DNA of 36,012 nt, from IMG/VR virus record IMGVR_UViG_3300012948_000010, positions 1 through 36,012 of that record; one strand, given 5' to 3'. The notes below the pieces were generated by a model. It searched no databases. It was not told the DNA's origin and saw only the letters and a program-made list of their open reading frames with translations. The position numbers were made by a program, and so were the translations under genes. Shown piece by piece: positions 35,792 to 36,012 of the stretch; the stretch's first letter is position 1; each line of letters begins with the position of its first letter. The DNA is from a virus (lineage: Duplodnaviria > Caudoviricetes).

Positions 35792-35953
35792 ATGCCCGTT
35801 GCTCGAATGAAAGTCCGTCGAGTTTTTTGCCCCGAATGTGGAGCTTGGCCCGGTGAGCATTGCTACGGAGCACGCCCTTTGCGGAATGGACAACCTTGGA
35901 GACGGATTTCAAATCACCAATCACGAGTGGATTCCTATTTGGAAATGCGATGA
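35792..35953 (+). CDS. Small zinc-finger protein
   Basis: CPECGAWPGEHC...HQSR (C3H); start uncertain (GTG 35690 also in frame). Confidence 0.55.
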   Translation: MPVARMKVRRVFCPECGAWPGEHCYGARPLRNGQPWRRISNHQSRVDSYLEMR

Positions 35954-36012
35954 TTTTCCTGAGCGGACTTCTTTTGGGATTCGGTTTGGGGTTCGTGATC
36001 GGGGGAATCATC
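35950..36012 (+). CDS. Start of a membrane protein (3' truncated)
   Basis: ATGA overlap; MIFLSGLLLGFGLGFVIGGII runs off the window. Confidence 0.45.
   Translation, partial: MIFLSGLLLGFGLGFVIGGII

Larger units (their letters stand above)
1..36012 (+). mobile_element. Tailed phage/prophage virion morphogenesis and lysis region (contractile tail)
   Basis: Co-oriented, tightly coupled genes in terminase-portal-protease-capsid-neck-sheath-tube-TMP-baseplate-fibre-lysis order. No integrase or att site in the window, so phage versus prophage is undetermined. Confidence 0.97.

Overview
The window is the + strand late (virion and lysis) region of a tailed dsDNA phage or prophage with a contractile tail. 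Gene order: 5'-truncated GpA-type terminase large subunit, TerS-like HTH gene, portal, five small very basic ORFs, prohead protease/scaffold, HeH protein, capsid decoration protein, major capsid protein, a ~5 kb block of probable virion appendage genes (including a LamG plus 20-aa-repeat fibre), neck/tail completion genes, sheath, tube, a tail chaperone with a -1 frameshift site, tape measure, LysM protein, baseplate hub fused to lysozyme-like and M23-like domains, spike, wedge, J, I-LamG, two tail fibres, and a lysis block. A terminator-like hairpin and a sigma70-type promoter then lead into an Hfq/Sm-like gene. Main observations: (1) a run of protamine-like peptides, one with an AT-hook, three of them absent from the ORF track, in DNA visibly enriched for TTTCAA/TTGAAA; (2) an unlisted secreted lysozyme-like gene that appears to start at ATT; (3) a phage Hfq-like gene behind a terminator-like leader; (4) a recurring [VI]-x-E-[MQ] motif in head proteins suggesting Glu-specific maturation cleavage. 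All family calls come from motif recognition and synteny by eye; no searches were run. An actinobacterial host is only a weak inference.
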